A stretch of DNA of 64,000 nucleotides from NCBI RefSeq assembly GCF_009914755.1, contig NC_060941.1; one strand, given 5' to 3'. The position numbers and the translations under genes were made by a program. The notes beneath the pieces are model-generated. The model saw only the letters and a program-made list of their open reading frames with translations, was not told the origin of the DNA and did not search any database. Source of the stretch: the human T2T-CHM13v2.0 reference genome, Homo sapiens. This document shows, in pieces, positions 35,893-54,401 of the stretch (the stretch's first letter is position 1; every line of letters starts with the position of its first letter).

Positions 35893-36704
35893 GTTTAGCT
35901 ATTTTCAAAACACCTGCGGATCACAGGGTTAGACCAATTGTCTGGTGACTGTGGCATTCAGTAAGATGTGGAGAGTTAAGAGAGCAGAGGGGCCGCCCAG
36001 CCCCTGCACCTGGCTCCCTTTACACAGTTACCTTCTCCCCCGACCCCCAGGCTCAGGCTGAGAAGAATGAGATCCAGGAGATGGGCTAAGAGGCCAGGAG
36101 AGAGAGAACTGGGCTGTGGTGGTGAGAAAGTGAGAAAGCTAACGGGGCAATTAGAAGGCTGATTCATTTGTTTATCTAGATGATTATGCTCTACTTAGTT
36201 GAATAGTTTTGAAGTGCTCTGTGGTTCAGGAAATTTCCTCTCAAAGGCTTATCAGGTCCACAGCCTTCCATGTGCCTGACAGTTCCACGAAAGAAGGCTC
36301 CTGAGCACAGGGTATGGGTTTTGAGGGACCTTTTAATAATACGCTTGCTAATATAATTAAGTCAAGTAATGCATACCAAACCTCAAGCCGAGGAGAGGTG
36401 AAAAAAAATTCAACTAAGGTTACTTCCATCTTTTAAAAGAACAGAGAAAAAAGACATGGCCTCTTAAATATCCCTAACTCAGGGTTTCCCAAGAAGTGTT
36501 TCTAAATCCCCAACTGGACCTGTGATTCTAGAAATGCAACATAGATTAACAGAATTTTTGAACAGGAAGGAACTTTTAAGCAATATCTTAGGTTTGGGCT
36601 TCTCTGATCAATATTTCACAGAACTCTACAATAAAATATGTGAGTCACAGAAGAAGCTGAAAGATAATTCCATGGATCAAATCATTTTAGGAAATTGCAG
36701 ATTA

Positions 36705-37032
<328 letters not shown>

Positions 37033-38007
37033 GATAAATTGGTTTCTTTAGCAAAGGGTGTGGCAGCTTACAGACGGCAACAGATTCTTTGCCTTTGCTG
37101 GGTCTGCGTCCTCCGCCCTTGTCTCTGGGTAGGTTCTGTCTTTGACAGTTGAAGTGATCCTGCCAGTTTCTGGGCACTGGCCTTATGGGGTTGGTAGCTT
37201 CAATGTCTGGTCTCTGGCTGGGCTTGCACTGGAGGGCACCTCAAAGCTGCCATTCCCCAGCAGATGGGCAGCATCAGTTGCCCACCATGTGAATGGGTCT
37301 TGTGGGCTTGAGCCCTTGCCTCCCATGACTGCCACACCAGCCAACACCTGACTGCACCTGCCTGAAACCCAAGTGAGAACAGCCTAGCTGAGCCCGATGA
37401 ACCCTCAGCACTGAGCGAGATGACAGGAAGTTACTGTTTAAGCCATTAAGTTTTGGGGTGGTTCATGTTGCTGTATGGCACACAGCTGGCAATCAGCAAC
37501 TATTTATTTAATGAATGAATGACTGAGTGAGTGACTGAGTAAATGTGAATCTTCCAGAGGGTGATATAGCACGTCACATTTCCTAAATATGACACCTGAA
37601 CACTTCAAGACAAATTTTGCAGAACAGGGCTTGACGGAATGCTAGTCTGAGAAACAATAAATGAGAAGGTTGAAATGGTAGAGTTTGGGAAATATTGGTC
37701 GAGTTATGCCCTTTTATGTTATAGATTAGAAAAGTGAGCCAGACAGGTCAAGAGAATTGCCCAAGGAAACAAAACTAATTGTTAGACTCCACCTGTGAAC
37801 GAATCTCCTTTCCTAGCTAAAGTAAAGGGTATGGATACAATGGTCTCCCTCCCATAGCCACATTTTAGCTAATTAAATAGATCAGGCTTCTAACTTGGTA
37901 GCCCTCTCTTTCTGTTCCATGATAAAGTCTTTGTGTCCAACTAGCCATTTTCCATGAGACCTCTTTTACGTGGCAGACTTCCAAAGATGATATAAGAGTA
38001 TGAATTA

Positions 38008-39269
<1,262 letters not shown>

Positions 39270-42176
39270 TCCATTTCCACATTTCAAATACCATTACAGC
39301 CTATGCCACTGCTTCCTAATCAAGTCTCCAAAGCCAAGAACCACTTCAATATCAGTTGAAAGAAAGTTTTATCTAATTATCTTCATTCCCCACTTTGAAT
39401 TGACCAACCATGTATCTTTTTCTGGTTTTATCAAAGGGGCTGCCAGGACAAAAGCACATCCAATTTTAAGTAGGCTTTAGTTAGCAGACTTAAAATTGAT
39501 CATGTATTTTAGTTTCAGTAACTTGCAATTCCTACACCCTTTGATAATTCACTTTAAAGAGCAAACCGTCTTTAATGACAAGGCTTAAAAGAGACGACCT
39601 TTCTGAACAAAATATGAAAGCTCAGAAGAGATAGTTCTTTTAAGGAAACTATGAATTAAAATGACCTTGTGTTCTGAAACTTTTCTCCCACCATTTTTGA
39701 TGTTTTACCTTTCCTTTTTACTCTTAGAAAGCAAGCTAAGACACCACTGCCTTCTATGGATGGTGATGCACTTCAATAAGAGGGCTGTTAATTGTTAATT
39801 CCAACTCACAGTTTCTTCTGTCTGCACTGTCTCTGCAGATGCCTTTAATGAGGTTGCTCACCACTGTAAGCATACACCTGTTTCTGAAGAAATCACTGTT
39901 GATATGTGACATCACAGGATAATGTTTGAATCTGAGCTATTTCCCTTTAATCACAGTCAATTCTTTTGTACGGTCTAGGAAGCAAGTCCGTCATTCTCTG
40001 TTCCCTCAGTCTTCCTGTTTTCTTCATTATGCCCCGATGGCTGCCTTCTGTGAAGTTCATTGTTGAGTGGGGAGGTTGCAAAATCAGAGCTCAGACCCCT
40101 GAAAGGGCGCACTGCTTGGTGATGCAGAAATGGTGGACTCGAACAAAATTGTGACATACGTGGATGACTGAATAGCTAACTTTGCTGTTAGCCCTTCTCT
40201 TCCCTGACCCCGTAAGTGGATAATAACAAACACCAAGAACCTGGGGTTGCAGAGTGTTTCTTCTGCTTGGCTTGTTCCAAACCCTTTACCAGCCACTACC
40301 TGTTGACAATTACGTGTTGAAATAGAAAAAGCACAGGTGGATGACTCAGGTACAGCAGCCAATAATGATAACTTGAGATGTAACAAAATTAGGTACTTGT
40401 GATGAACAATTGATCTTCCAGCAGATAAAAGAACAGATGGAATCTTAGATGATTTTATAATAAGGCACAGTGTTTATAATTTATTTCCTGAGCTCTTTCT
40501 TTTTCTCCCAGTAGCCATTTCTATACTCACCGCTCAACTCGGTAAGGAATTTCAAACATGCCAAATGCAATTTTTCTTTCTCTTCCTTTATCAGAGAACG
40601 TTCACAAAGACATTAGAGTCAACCATCCATTCCTATCACATCCAATCAAAGTGACCTAAAGTTTCATTCCCTTTACTCCCAGACATACATGACATGGTTC
40701 AGAAGGGAAACAGGATCTGGGTAATGTCAAAGGTTCACCAGTGTTTGTAATTTCATAACCCTTGAAATGAGGAAAAGAAAGAATGGCAGGCAACCTTCCA
40801 AAACACCTACTGATATTTACTCATGGAAAACAAATAGTCTTGAGTGGGAGTTCCAAAGCCAGCATACAATACAATTCACAAGTATTTTCACCTCAAGCAC
40901 CTAATAACCTTACTAATGAAATCTGGTGAGCTTCAACTTGTTTTCCATGGTCTGTACAGAAAGAAGTACTTAACAGGAATCCTGTAGGAATCTTTCCTTT
41001 CAGACTAAATCATAGTCTGAGTACCAATAATCCTCATTTGTTTTAATAGCATCTGCAATGATTTTGCTTTTTCCTAAATATTCTTGAAACCAGTACTATA
41101 ATTTATTGTATATGCAGGAAAAACCTCATCTTCCAAAAGACAGAGACTTATATTCCTGAGGGAGGTGTCAGGGTGTCTGAACATTACCAGGCTGAGTGGT
41201 AGCCCCACAGAGATGAGTTAGTGCAAGAATCCCAGGCCTCCTACTGATGGCCACAGCCCAGCCCTGTTTATGCCAATTCCCTCCCTGGCTTTGGAAGTGG
41301 CTGTAAAACCTGTTACTTCCTTATCATCTCTGTGGCTCAGTTACAGTACAAAAAGGGGTAATTAATCCTTGGGCTGCAAACAACAGACTTGGGCGTGGGA
41401 AAGAGAAAAGAATTTTGAAAAAGTGTAAATAAACTTTGTGCCCTGTCCTTTTACAGTAAACCAGAGGATTACAGCCCCGCCCATGGGCCAGATTTTTAGA
41501 GAGCTCAAAATGCCCATGGCACACACCACACTGCAGTCGAAAGAACTTGGGGCATCCCTTCACTCATTCTCCGCAATTCAAAATTTCCTTGGCAAATGGG
41601 TTGACCAATCATCACAGAACAGCTCTTGGGCGTTTGGGTGGGGAGAGGGACCCAGACTTAACCATCCACTCATGGAAGCAACACCATAGTCTCTCAACCA
41701 GGCAGTGACCACATGCAAACCGTACCGAGTAAAGCACATTCTGTGACTACTTGCCAATGTGTTGTGTCCTCATAACCTGACCTCACATTTTTTAGGCTTT
41801 CTTAAGGATCATCGATTGATATTATAATTAAAACGACAACCATAAAAAGGGAGATCAAGAAAGTAACAATAAAACCACAGCAGCTATCTAAAATTGTTAC
41901 ACCATATTCTGCCTCTACGGTTCCAGGACGTGATTGGAGACCAACAAGACAAATACTTGGACTGATATCAGATGATCCAGCGATTTTATCCTAAACACCA
42001 ATTCATGCACTAATTATGGATTTGATTGTTGACATGATATAAGGTATATTTTCCCAAAGTACAATTTGAGATTGCTAACATTTGCTTGGGAAAAATATCA
42101 TATATATGTCACACTTATTTTAGCAAATGAGGTTTGATAAAAAGTAGAAATAAAACTGGTAAGTACAAAATAATAT

Positions 42177-42182
42177 TTTAAT
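42177..42182 (-). terminator. CEP112: Likely CEP112 polyadenylation signal ATTAAA
   Basis: TTTAAT on the plus strand; U-rich sequence follows on the minus strand. Confidence 0.6.
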
Positions 42183-42590
42183 AACATAGGAACATGAACA
42201 TGAAAACAATGTAAACAGGTTAGAATTTTTGATATGATACTACAAACGTGATTTTGATCGTACGCAACTGGTAAAATTCTATGCAAAAGGATTAACAAGG
42301 CATATCATAGGAAATCACTTTGCCCAATATAAGCAGTTCTCAGCACATACTCAAATGCACACAAACATGAAAATCGGAAATAAAGGAATGTTAAAAAAAT
42401 AACTTAGGCAGACACAAATAAAACCACCCCACTAGTGTATGAATGATGCATGTTTTTATGATCTTAATTACATTTAAGGATTTAAAAAATGCCACTGATC
42501 TCACAGTTTACAATATCCAAATCTTCAAACCTGCTGGAAGAAGTCCACAGCACAGCCTGGAAATTGCATCCGTTGCATTCTCTCGTGCAG

Positions 42591-42594
42591 TTAC
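42591..42594 (-). CDS. CEP112: CEP112 last coding base plus stop codon
   Basis: G+TAA after the acceptor; gives C-terminus ...TTYQGRR*. Confidence 0.8.
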
Positions 42595-43064
42595 CTGTAA
42601 ACCAAAAATCGCAGTCACGACTTTCTCTAGGTTTAACAGGTATGTCAATCAAAAAATAAGCTTCAATTCTGGAGAAGTTGATAGGGGTTGAAAAGGCTAT
42701 TTGATATCAAAATGTCATAATTTATGCTTATCTATAAGGGATCAAATCTTACCTACACCGAGCAAACAGAATCTTTCGAAAAATGTGTGATTCACAAGAT
42801 CTTTCCTTTTAATTCAAAGCCAAATAAGTAGTTCAGTCTTTCACTGCACAAACAGGAAGGGCGTTTGATGGAATTACAGCAGGTAAACACAATCTATGTT
42901 AGTGATGGCACTGGGAACCTTTGACTACAAAAGGTCTCATGCATCCCCAAAAAGAGCACTGAGGGTACTCAAGTCACTGTGAGTGCTGGATCACTGAGCT
43001 GTTGGTCTATTCTGGTCTGGAGAACAATGCCAAACCCTTGGGGGAAAGGACTTTGAAGATGTGA

Positions 43065-43562
<498 letters not shown>

Positions 43563-43743
43563 TAAGCACTGGGATGAGAAGGGGGGTGACTTCTTAAAGA
43601 CATGCTACTTACTAAAAACAAGTCTTTTTCAAAACTTGTATTATATCCAAGCATTTTAATAAAGACAAAGGCCAGACAAGGAGGCTCACAGGTGACACAA
43701 CACAAACTAATCAGGAGACAAGACACCTGCTTATGGGCTGTAC

Positions 43744-43808
43744 CTTCTGCCTTGATATGTAGTCAGTTCTTCCTGAAGGATGGAAGCTCTCTTTTGCAGA
43801 AAATTAAC
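43744..43808 (-). CDS. CEP112: CEP112 penultimate exon (65 nt): VNFLQKRASILQEELTTYQGR+AG
   Basis: TCTTTTCTAG| acceptor, AAG|GTACAG donor; phase matches the upstream exon; peptide matches my recollection of the CEP112 (CCDC46) C-terminus. Confidence 0.9.
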
Positions 43809-46012
43809 CTAGAAAAGACACCTTGTGTGAGAAGAGGTGGACGTGGCTTACATGTCAATATTGTGCAAATAGTATGGTAAGATTTTATTTAAATTCAGAC
43901 AATTCCCTAGATAAAACTCAGAGGATTTGTTGAATGTCAATGTTGTGTTTTTTACATTTGGTCACATCCCATCCTTATTGAAAATCCATCAGTTACGACA
44001 GAATAAAGTTCAAACTCCTCATTGCAGAGCCATTTTGATCTGGCCCACCCCCATCATTGTGGCTTTACCTGTCCTCACGCCCTGCCCACCACTGCTGCTT
44101 CCACACCGTGTCTTTCTCGCTCCGTTGCTCTTTGGCCCAGGCCATTTTCTCTCTTTGGAACACTTGTCTTTCTGTCTCCCATTCATCCTCCACCATTTGG
44201 TTTAAATGTCACCTCTCCTGTGGAATCGTTCACCTCCTCCCCAGCTGCTCCTTGCCTCCTAGCCCCAGGCAAAGCCAGCGGTCCCCTCCTCTGTGTTCCT
44301 CCCCTCTATTACTGGTACTTCTCAAACTGCTTTGTGGTTATTTGTTTTCATATCTCTTCCCTAAACCTGAGAGCTTCTCTTGGGCAGGAATGACTTTTCT
44401 GTCTTTCCACCCCAGTTTCTTTTACAGGGCTGGGCATGTAGCTGGTTTCACTAGCTGTTGAATGAATGAATGAATGAGTGAGTGTAAGGAAAATTACTGC
44501 TTTCTGGAAACCTCAATCCATTCTAGGGATTCCCTGAGGTTGGAGAGACAGAACTTCATAGCGGAAAGAGCCTGAGCTTTGTCTGGAGTTAGGCCAACTT
44601 TGGTTCAATTCCTGGCTTGCCATCTGTGGCTCTAGGAAAATTACTTAAGCTCTTGATGCTTAATCTGTGAAATGGGATTAATGACAGCTACTTCCCAAGG
44701 TTATGAGGATGACATGAAACAACTATAGAAACCGCCTAGTGCAGAGCTCAAAGCAGGTACAACCCCCAGACCGCCATTCTTAGGGGGCTGGAGGAAACTG
44801 GGTTGTTTAGCATATTCTCTTAAATCAGACCTTTACAAAGCATTTGATTATTGTGTAGCATACATTTCTGTACTGTTAAAGATGCCTGTATCAGGCGTGG
44901 ATTCAAAAGCACCTTACACAACCCAAATGGTTTGGGGCCAACTTATACCATGGCTTAATGTAATCAAGAGTCAGTGGTATTTGATCGTTTCAGAATTGTT
45001 TATTCTTACGTCTTTGGTCTGAACTGAAACCATGGCAACGGTTGATCCCGAAACATAGTTATGCAAGGGAGTACAGCTGGCAGAACAGAAAATGTGCTTG
45101 AAAGAGAAGAAAACACAGTCTTTCTAAGTGGGTGCATCTCAAAGTGGTCCTCCTGGTTTTGCTTATTTGTATAGCACCCTGGTCTTCATTTTATCCAATT
45201 GCTCAAGTGACCCATAGGACAATTGATAATTTTGACAGATGCAGGGATTACACTGATTCAACTTCCCTCCCCCAACCATGCTCTGTAATCGGAATTCCAA
45301 CAATTCTCAAAAAACACAGGCACCTGTGCTTTCAAACTAAATTTGCTCACTGTATGGCCTGTGACTCCTGCGTGCAGCTGCCAACTCTGAGGCCCTATCG
45401 CAGCTGGCAGCACTCTCTTTCTGGGTCAGCATCCAGTTTTAGGAGGCTGAAGTGGCTTTTATTACAGTGAAATGATATGAATGATAACAGAAGCCCTGCA
45501 GGTGGGTATCAGATTCCTTTTTTTTTCCTCTTCCTAAAAAAACTCCTCTGAAGGCGTCAGGTCCTACATAGCTGACACTATCTGTAGCTCACCTACAAAC
45601 TTAATGGGTAAACCACACCTGGAGTGGAGATTTTCATGTAAATAAAAATTATTTAACCCTTTGTATGTTCCCATTCTCCTCCACTACTTATTTTTATATG
45701 CAGGCGTGAACAAAATTTCATAGCCCTTAGAAGCAAAATCGCAAACAGTAGCATATGGATTGAGATTATGAACATTTCATTTTCAGATAAGAGAAGTTTT
45801 ACTAGGGGAATATAAAAGGAACAGCTAAAATGTGTTCCACATTTTATCTTACATACTATAAATAGATAACGTGGATATCATCAAACCATATCATTTATTT
45901 TATTCATAAATATATTTATTAAGCACCTGTTATGTGCCAGGCAAAGTACTTGATACAGGGAGTAAATAAATCCTTTCCTTCATGGAATTTTTCAAGGAAA
46001 AAATATGTCTTA

Positions 46013-47107
<1,095 letters not shown>

Positions 47108-47583
47108 TAATTGTTTGAATACCTTGTCATTATTTTGCCTTGAACTTAGAATACATCTTGTTATCTCTAACGACCATGTAAAATACACCAGAATAAAAGT
47201 GCTTCTAACATAACTGTGCTTTCAATTTCTCTGCCCTTCTGCACAGTGAGGAATCAGCCATATGCTAAGTGATGGCATTTTGGACCTGATACCAAGAATA
47301 AAAGGATGAGGCTATATTGGAAGGTAGACTGTAAATGAATTGAAGTTATAACTGACTGAACTTTTCAATTTTAAGGGTGCTTTAAAGAAATTCTTATTGA
47401 GACAGTGAGTTATTAAACAAGTAAGAAAAAAATTTAAAACAAAATGAAAATTTATCCTGAGTAGTAGGTTATGCAATGACATCACATTGATTTCTGGCAA
47501 CAATTTGGAATCAGATTTATTTGCAAGTTTCTTTTCAGAGTATCCCCTAAATCCTTGGAAAATGCCTTGATTCTAGTAATTAC

Positions 47584-47685
47584 CTGTGATTTTAGGGAGG
47601 AAATGGTGTCTTCAAGTTCTTGTCTTAGGGATGCTGGCATCAATCCTTTCAATTTTGTTTCATATTCTTGTCGTATGTAAGTTAT
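47584..47685 (-). CDS. CEP112: CEP112 coding exon (102 nt): ITYIRQEYETKLKGLMPASLRQELEDTISSLKSQ
   Basis: TTTTTTCCAATTTAG| acceptor, CAG|GTAATT donor, phase 0-0, open frame, coiled-coil-like peptide recognised as CEP112. Confidence 0.9.
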
Positions 47686-48103
47686 CTAAATTGGAAAAAA
47701 ATTAAGAGTTATCTTTTTACCACATAAATGATTGTTTTGGATTTAAGAAGTCCCAGAACAGATCTGTTCATCACAATGAAAGGTTTGTTACACGCGGTCA
47801 GAAACCAGACAATAAAGATGAAATAAGAAGAAAGAGTTAAAAACTGAAAAGGCTACCCAGTCTGACCCTGTGACTCTGAGAGAGATGGTCCCTGTAACAA
47901 TGCTTTATTTATTTAAAATCCTCATGAACACAATTTTCAGCATCTGATAAGTAAAATAATTTTTCTCTCCTCTTCACTCATGAGGTTCCCCACTATGCTA
48001 GCCCTGCAGCCTCTCCTTGATCAGGATGTGAACTCCAACCATACTAAGCTGTCATCTGAGGACAACTCATAGCATGTCTCTGCTTTGATGAAAATACTCC
48101 TTG

Positions 48104-48400
<297 letters not shown>

Positions 48401-49522
48401 TCAGGTAGTTGGGGCACTAAATGTGATTCATATAATCATGAAGACATGAATGAAGGAGAATCTGCATAGCTGTGTCTCCGACCCTCTTTGACACAAGTAG
48501 ACAGGTAGAGTGCACTGGGCATAGGAAGGTTCCTGGTTCCTGGTTTCTTTCTGCCTCCCAAATACTATCGGGCCTGTGTTTAACTAACTGATGCTCACTG
48601 GGCTAGTAAAAAAAATAGGTTGGTGGCTCATCCCATTCATCTCTCTCAAGGCTAAAGGAGTGAGTGAGAGGGTAGAAGAAAAGCCTTTGGAAGAATATGC
48701 CTGAGCAGGATGAAGATGTGCATGGATGAGGCGTGAATATGCATGTGTAGATATTGGTGTCTTTTTCCAGCTGTGTTTCTGCATTTCTCTTCCACCTACT
48801 GTGAAATAGGATAGAATTAATTATTTTAAAAATCTGTTGCATGTGCTGTGCATGACTTAACCAAACATTAAAGCTGAGTTGCAGTGTATCATACCAAGTG
48901 ATTCATCATACGCACCTGGAAATAGGCAATATACTATGAAAATTGTGTACGACTGAGTTGAGTTGGATAAGCCTATCAATTTGCTGAAGACAATTTAAAA
49001 TTAACAGTCTTTAAGACCGAACTTTTCTTACACTAAACTGAATTAAGGAAAAAATGTGCTTAACAATTCATTTCATTACCTACTAAAATCCTGTGGCCAC
49101 TGTTATAGAACATAAATTTTCAATTTTTGGCAAAGTGCTTTTTTTGGGATATGTTATAATCCTGTGACTTATACCTAAAGGAAAAAAAGAAATAATAAAA
49201 CATGATCTCTCCCACAGATGCAAAGTCTTTGCTGATGAAATATCTGTTGATTCTCCTGTCTACTGATTTTTCTCACCTTCTCTTCTTCAGCTTACCTCCA
49301 AGTGAGCCAGTTCCAGCTACTCACTTACTTGAGTCAGTTAGCTGATTCAAATGAAGGAAAAATGCAAAGCAAAACGCATGCTTTATAAACCAGACCTCAG
49401 GGTAACATTTATTGAGGGTTCATGGGTTATATATTGACTATTTTTTTTTCTATCACTCAACACTGGTTCTGAAAGTTTGAGTTTCAACTCTTTTAAAAAC
49501 AACTCATGCATGCGCTATTTCC

Positions 49523-50880
<1,358 letters not shown>

Positions 50881-50894
50881 TTAGAATGTCTATC

Positions 50895-51281
50895 TGTTTT
50901 CCTAAGCTGGCACTCGGCAAGAAGGCCATGTTCCATTTGAGTGCCAAGATGGTGAAGCCCAATGGTGAGAAGCCGGACAAGTTCAAGTCTGGCATTTTCC
51001 AGGGTCTTCTGAAGCTGGAGATGAACTCGGACCTCAAGGCTTAGCTCGGTTGCATTTATAATGCAGTCCTTGAGGATTCGGTCTTCTCACGTGAAACTGG
51101 ATGGCAGCCAGCTCATACAGGTTAATTTGGACAAAGCACAGCAGAACAATATGGAACACAAGGTCAAAACTTTTTCTGATGTCTATAAGGAGCTCATGGG
51201 CAAAGACGTTGATTTTGACTTTCCAGAATTTCAATTGTAAACACAAATTATAAAGTATATTCACAGTAGAAAAACAAAAAA
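50895..51281 (+). pseudogene. Processed pseudogene of RPS7 (eS7) with internal deletions
   Basis: ATG at 50928: [38 protein letters not shown]; C-terminal [28 protein letters not shown]...FDFPEFQL* ending 51240; A-rich tail; degenerate TSD AGAATGTCTATC (50883-50894) / AAAAAGTCTATC (51277-51288). Confidence 0.93.
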
Positions 51282-51289
51282 GTCTATCC

Positions 51290-52260
51290 ATTGCCTGCAT
51301 ATTTAAAAGACAACTTTGCTGGGTATAAAAATGCTTCAATCCCACTTTCTTTCTCTCATAACTTTGTGAACACAAAGATCAAGTTAGCTAGGCATGGTGG
51401 TGTGCACCTGTAGTCCCAACTACTTGGGAGGCTGAAGTAGGAGGATTACTTGAGCCCCTCAGAACATTTCTCCAGTGTTTTCTGGCATTACATATTGCCA
51501 TGGTAAAGTCTGAGGCCAATCTGATTTTTTTCATGTTGAATATAACTTTCTTTTTCTGCTTGGATGCTATGATTTTCTTTTTCCTTCATTTAGTAACTTC
51601 ACTGGGAAATGCTTTGATACTAATTATTTTATATTAATTTTCCTGAGACATTGTGTGCCCTTTCTACCTTTACATTGCATTATTTGAACAGAAGTTTCCT
51701 TTGTTAGAATAATTACTTGTATTTTATTATATATATATACTTATATGTATTTTTTTCTGTTGGTTCTCTTCTTCAGAGACACAAACTTTGCATGTGTTGA
51801 CCCTTCTTTGACAATCTCCCATAATTATACATTTTATCTATTATTACTTTTATTTTCATATCATTTTATTTTGAGACAGGGTCTTGCTATGTTGCCCAGG
51901 CTGGTCTCCAACTCCTGGACTCAACCAATCTTCCTGCCTCAGCCTCCTGAGTAGTTGGAATTACGTGCATGCATCACTGCACCAAACTCTTCTTATCGTT
52001 TTATATCTATTTTATATTTTCATTTCATTTTGTATAATAGCCTCTAGCCTAATTACTATATTTCCTTGGATGGTTTTAGTTATGATTTTTCTATTTTTGT
52101 TTCATCTACTATGGTTTCAATCTCTGTAATCTTTTGCTTTTGTCTACCATTTTTCCTAAGCTCTGAGAGATCACTTTTCATCTGTCTGTTGACTTATATC
52201 ATCTTTAGATATGTCTCTTCTTTTTTCTATTTCTCTATCTCCCTCCACCATTTTCCTTGT
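51290..52260 (-). mobile_element. Ancient L1M-like sequence with two Alu fragments (51383-51457 +; 51865-51985 -)
   Basis: T-rich degenerate sequence with L1-like motifs (TTTGCTGGGTATAAAA, AAGTCTGAGGCCAATCTGATT). Confidence 0.5.
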
Positions 52261-53705
52261 GAGAGAGATGTTTAAATGTGTTTTGTGAATGCTTTGACAC
52301 TGTGAAGAGCTGTTATAAAGAACTGTAATTAGTCTGAACCTTCCTCCTGTAATTTTCCATTTGATATACAGAACAGTATTTGCTTACATTCTTTCTTCTC
52401 CTCTCTTTTAATCCAGCAAAGATCATATGCTAGTTCCTTTTTCTAAAAGAAAAATTACACCTCCTTTTTGAATGGAACCAGCTATTTGCTGAGAGTTGAG
52501 GTGTGGTGGGGGCAGCTGGGGTCAGGCCACAGCTATGCTTTGGTTTTGTCGTCTTCATTACACTTTGACCAAATCTATGATTTCATTTGCTCTGGGGGCC
52601 TATGTCCCTCAGTTTTCAAGTACTTTGGAGGTCACGGCCAAGTACTTAAGCCCTTTGGTTCACGCTTATGGTTGGTTTCTCTTGACTCTCCTTCCTCCTG
52701 CCCTGCCCACTATTCACATGTGATGGTTTCTCTCTAGTAGGAGGCTAGGCCATAGAGAGTAGAAGATTGGGTGTGACTAAGGTTGCTCTTTGATCGCCAT
52801 TATTCCTTCCATCACTTTTCAAATTCAGAAGTTATATTTTCCAACATTTATTGAAGATTCGTGCATTTATACTTCCTGTCTACTCCTTTATTCTTAGTTT
52901 TTGTGATTTTAGTGAGTTTGAATGAATTTAAAATAAGCCTCTGGAAAATATGAAATTACCTCATGTGTGAGTGAGACTGTCAACTGGGAAAATATTACTA
53001 CCCTGAATTCTTAAACTCAAATGCTCAATTTAAAAATCATTATGTAAAGCTGAATCCTGTTACTTCAATAAAGTCATGAAAAACTTTAACCAATCTGTTT
53101 TCATTCTATTTATGAGGTTAATAAAATTATCACGAGCAAACATTTACTGAGGACTTTCTGTGTGCCAGGTGTGACTCTCCATGTTTTTATATGGACTTAA
53201 TCCTTCTGATGACCCAATGAGGGAAGCATAGAGAGGTAAAACATGATTTGAACTCAGGTAGTCTGACTCTCAAGCACATATGATTGTCCACTTTGCTCTA
53301 CAGTTTCTCAAATAATCCTTCTAAATGCTGAGCTGATTTTTCCACCCCAGGGGGAAGAGAATGCCAGAGACACGTGGGTTAGAGGAGTCTTTGCTACCAC
53401 GCTCTAGTGCTTTCCCCAGCACAACAGGGGCCAGGGCCAGGGGATGGGGCGTTGAACTGCAGTGCTTCCAGACATCCATCTAGTCAGCGATCTTTTTAAA
53501 AATGTGACAACAATAACAATGACAACAACAACTGGTTCCAGAGGACTCCCCACGCCTTCCCATTGATTTTAAAATTTTAGCTTACTACAGATTTATATAC
53601 GACCAACTGAAGAAAACCTACACAAATGCAACGTATATGTCTGACCTAAAATAAAAGTTTCACAAATTCCCCAAAGAAGCACATATTCAAAAATCCAACC
53701 AGTGA

Positions 53706-54401
<696 letters not shown>

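Larger units (their letters stand above)
42157..42594 (-). other. CEP112: CEP112 terminal exon: 1 coding nt, TAA stop (42591-42593), 3'UTR
   Basis: Acceptor TTTTGGTTTACAG|G TAA completes the AG|G Arg codon from the previous exon; 3' end estimated ~20 nt past ATTAAA. Confidence 0.8.
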
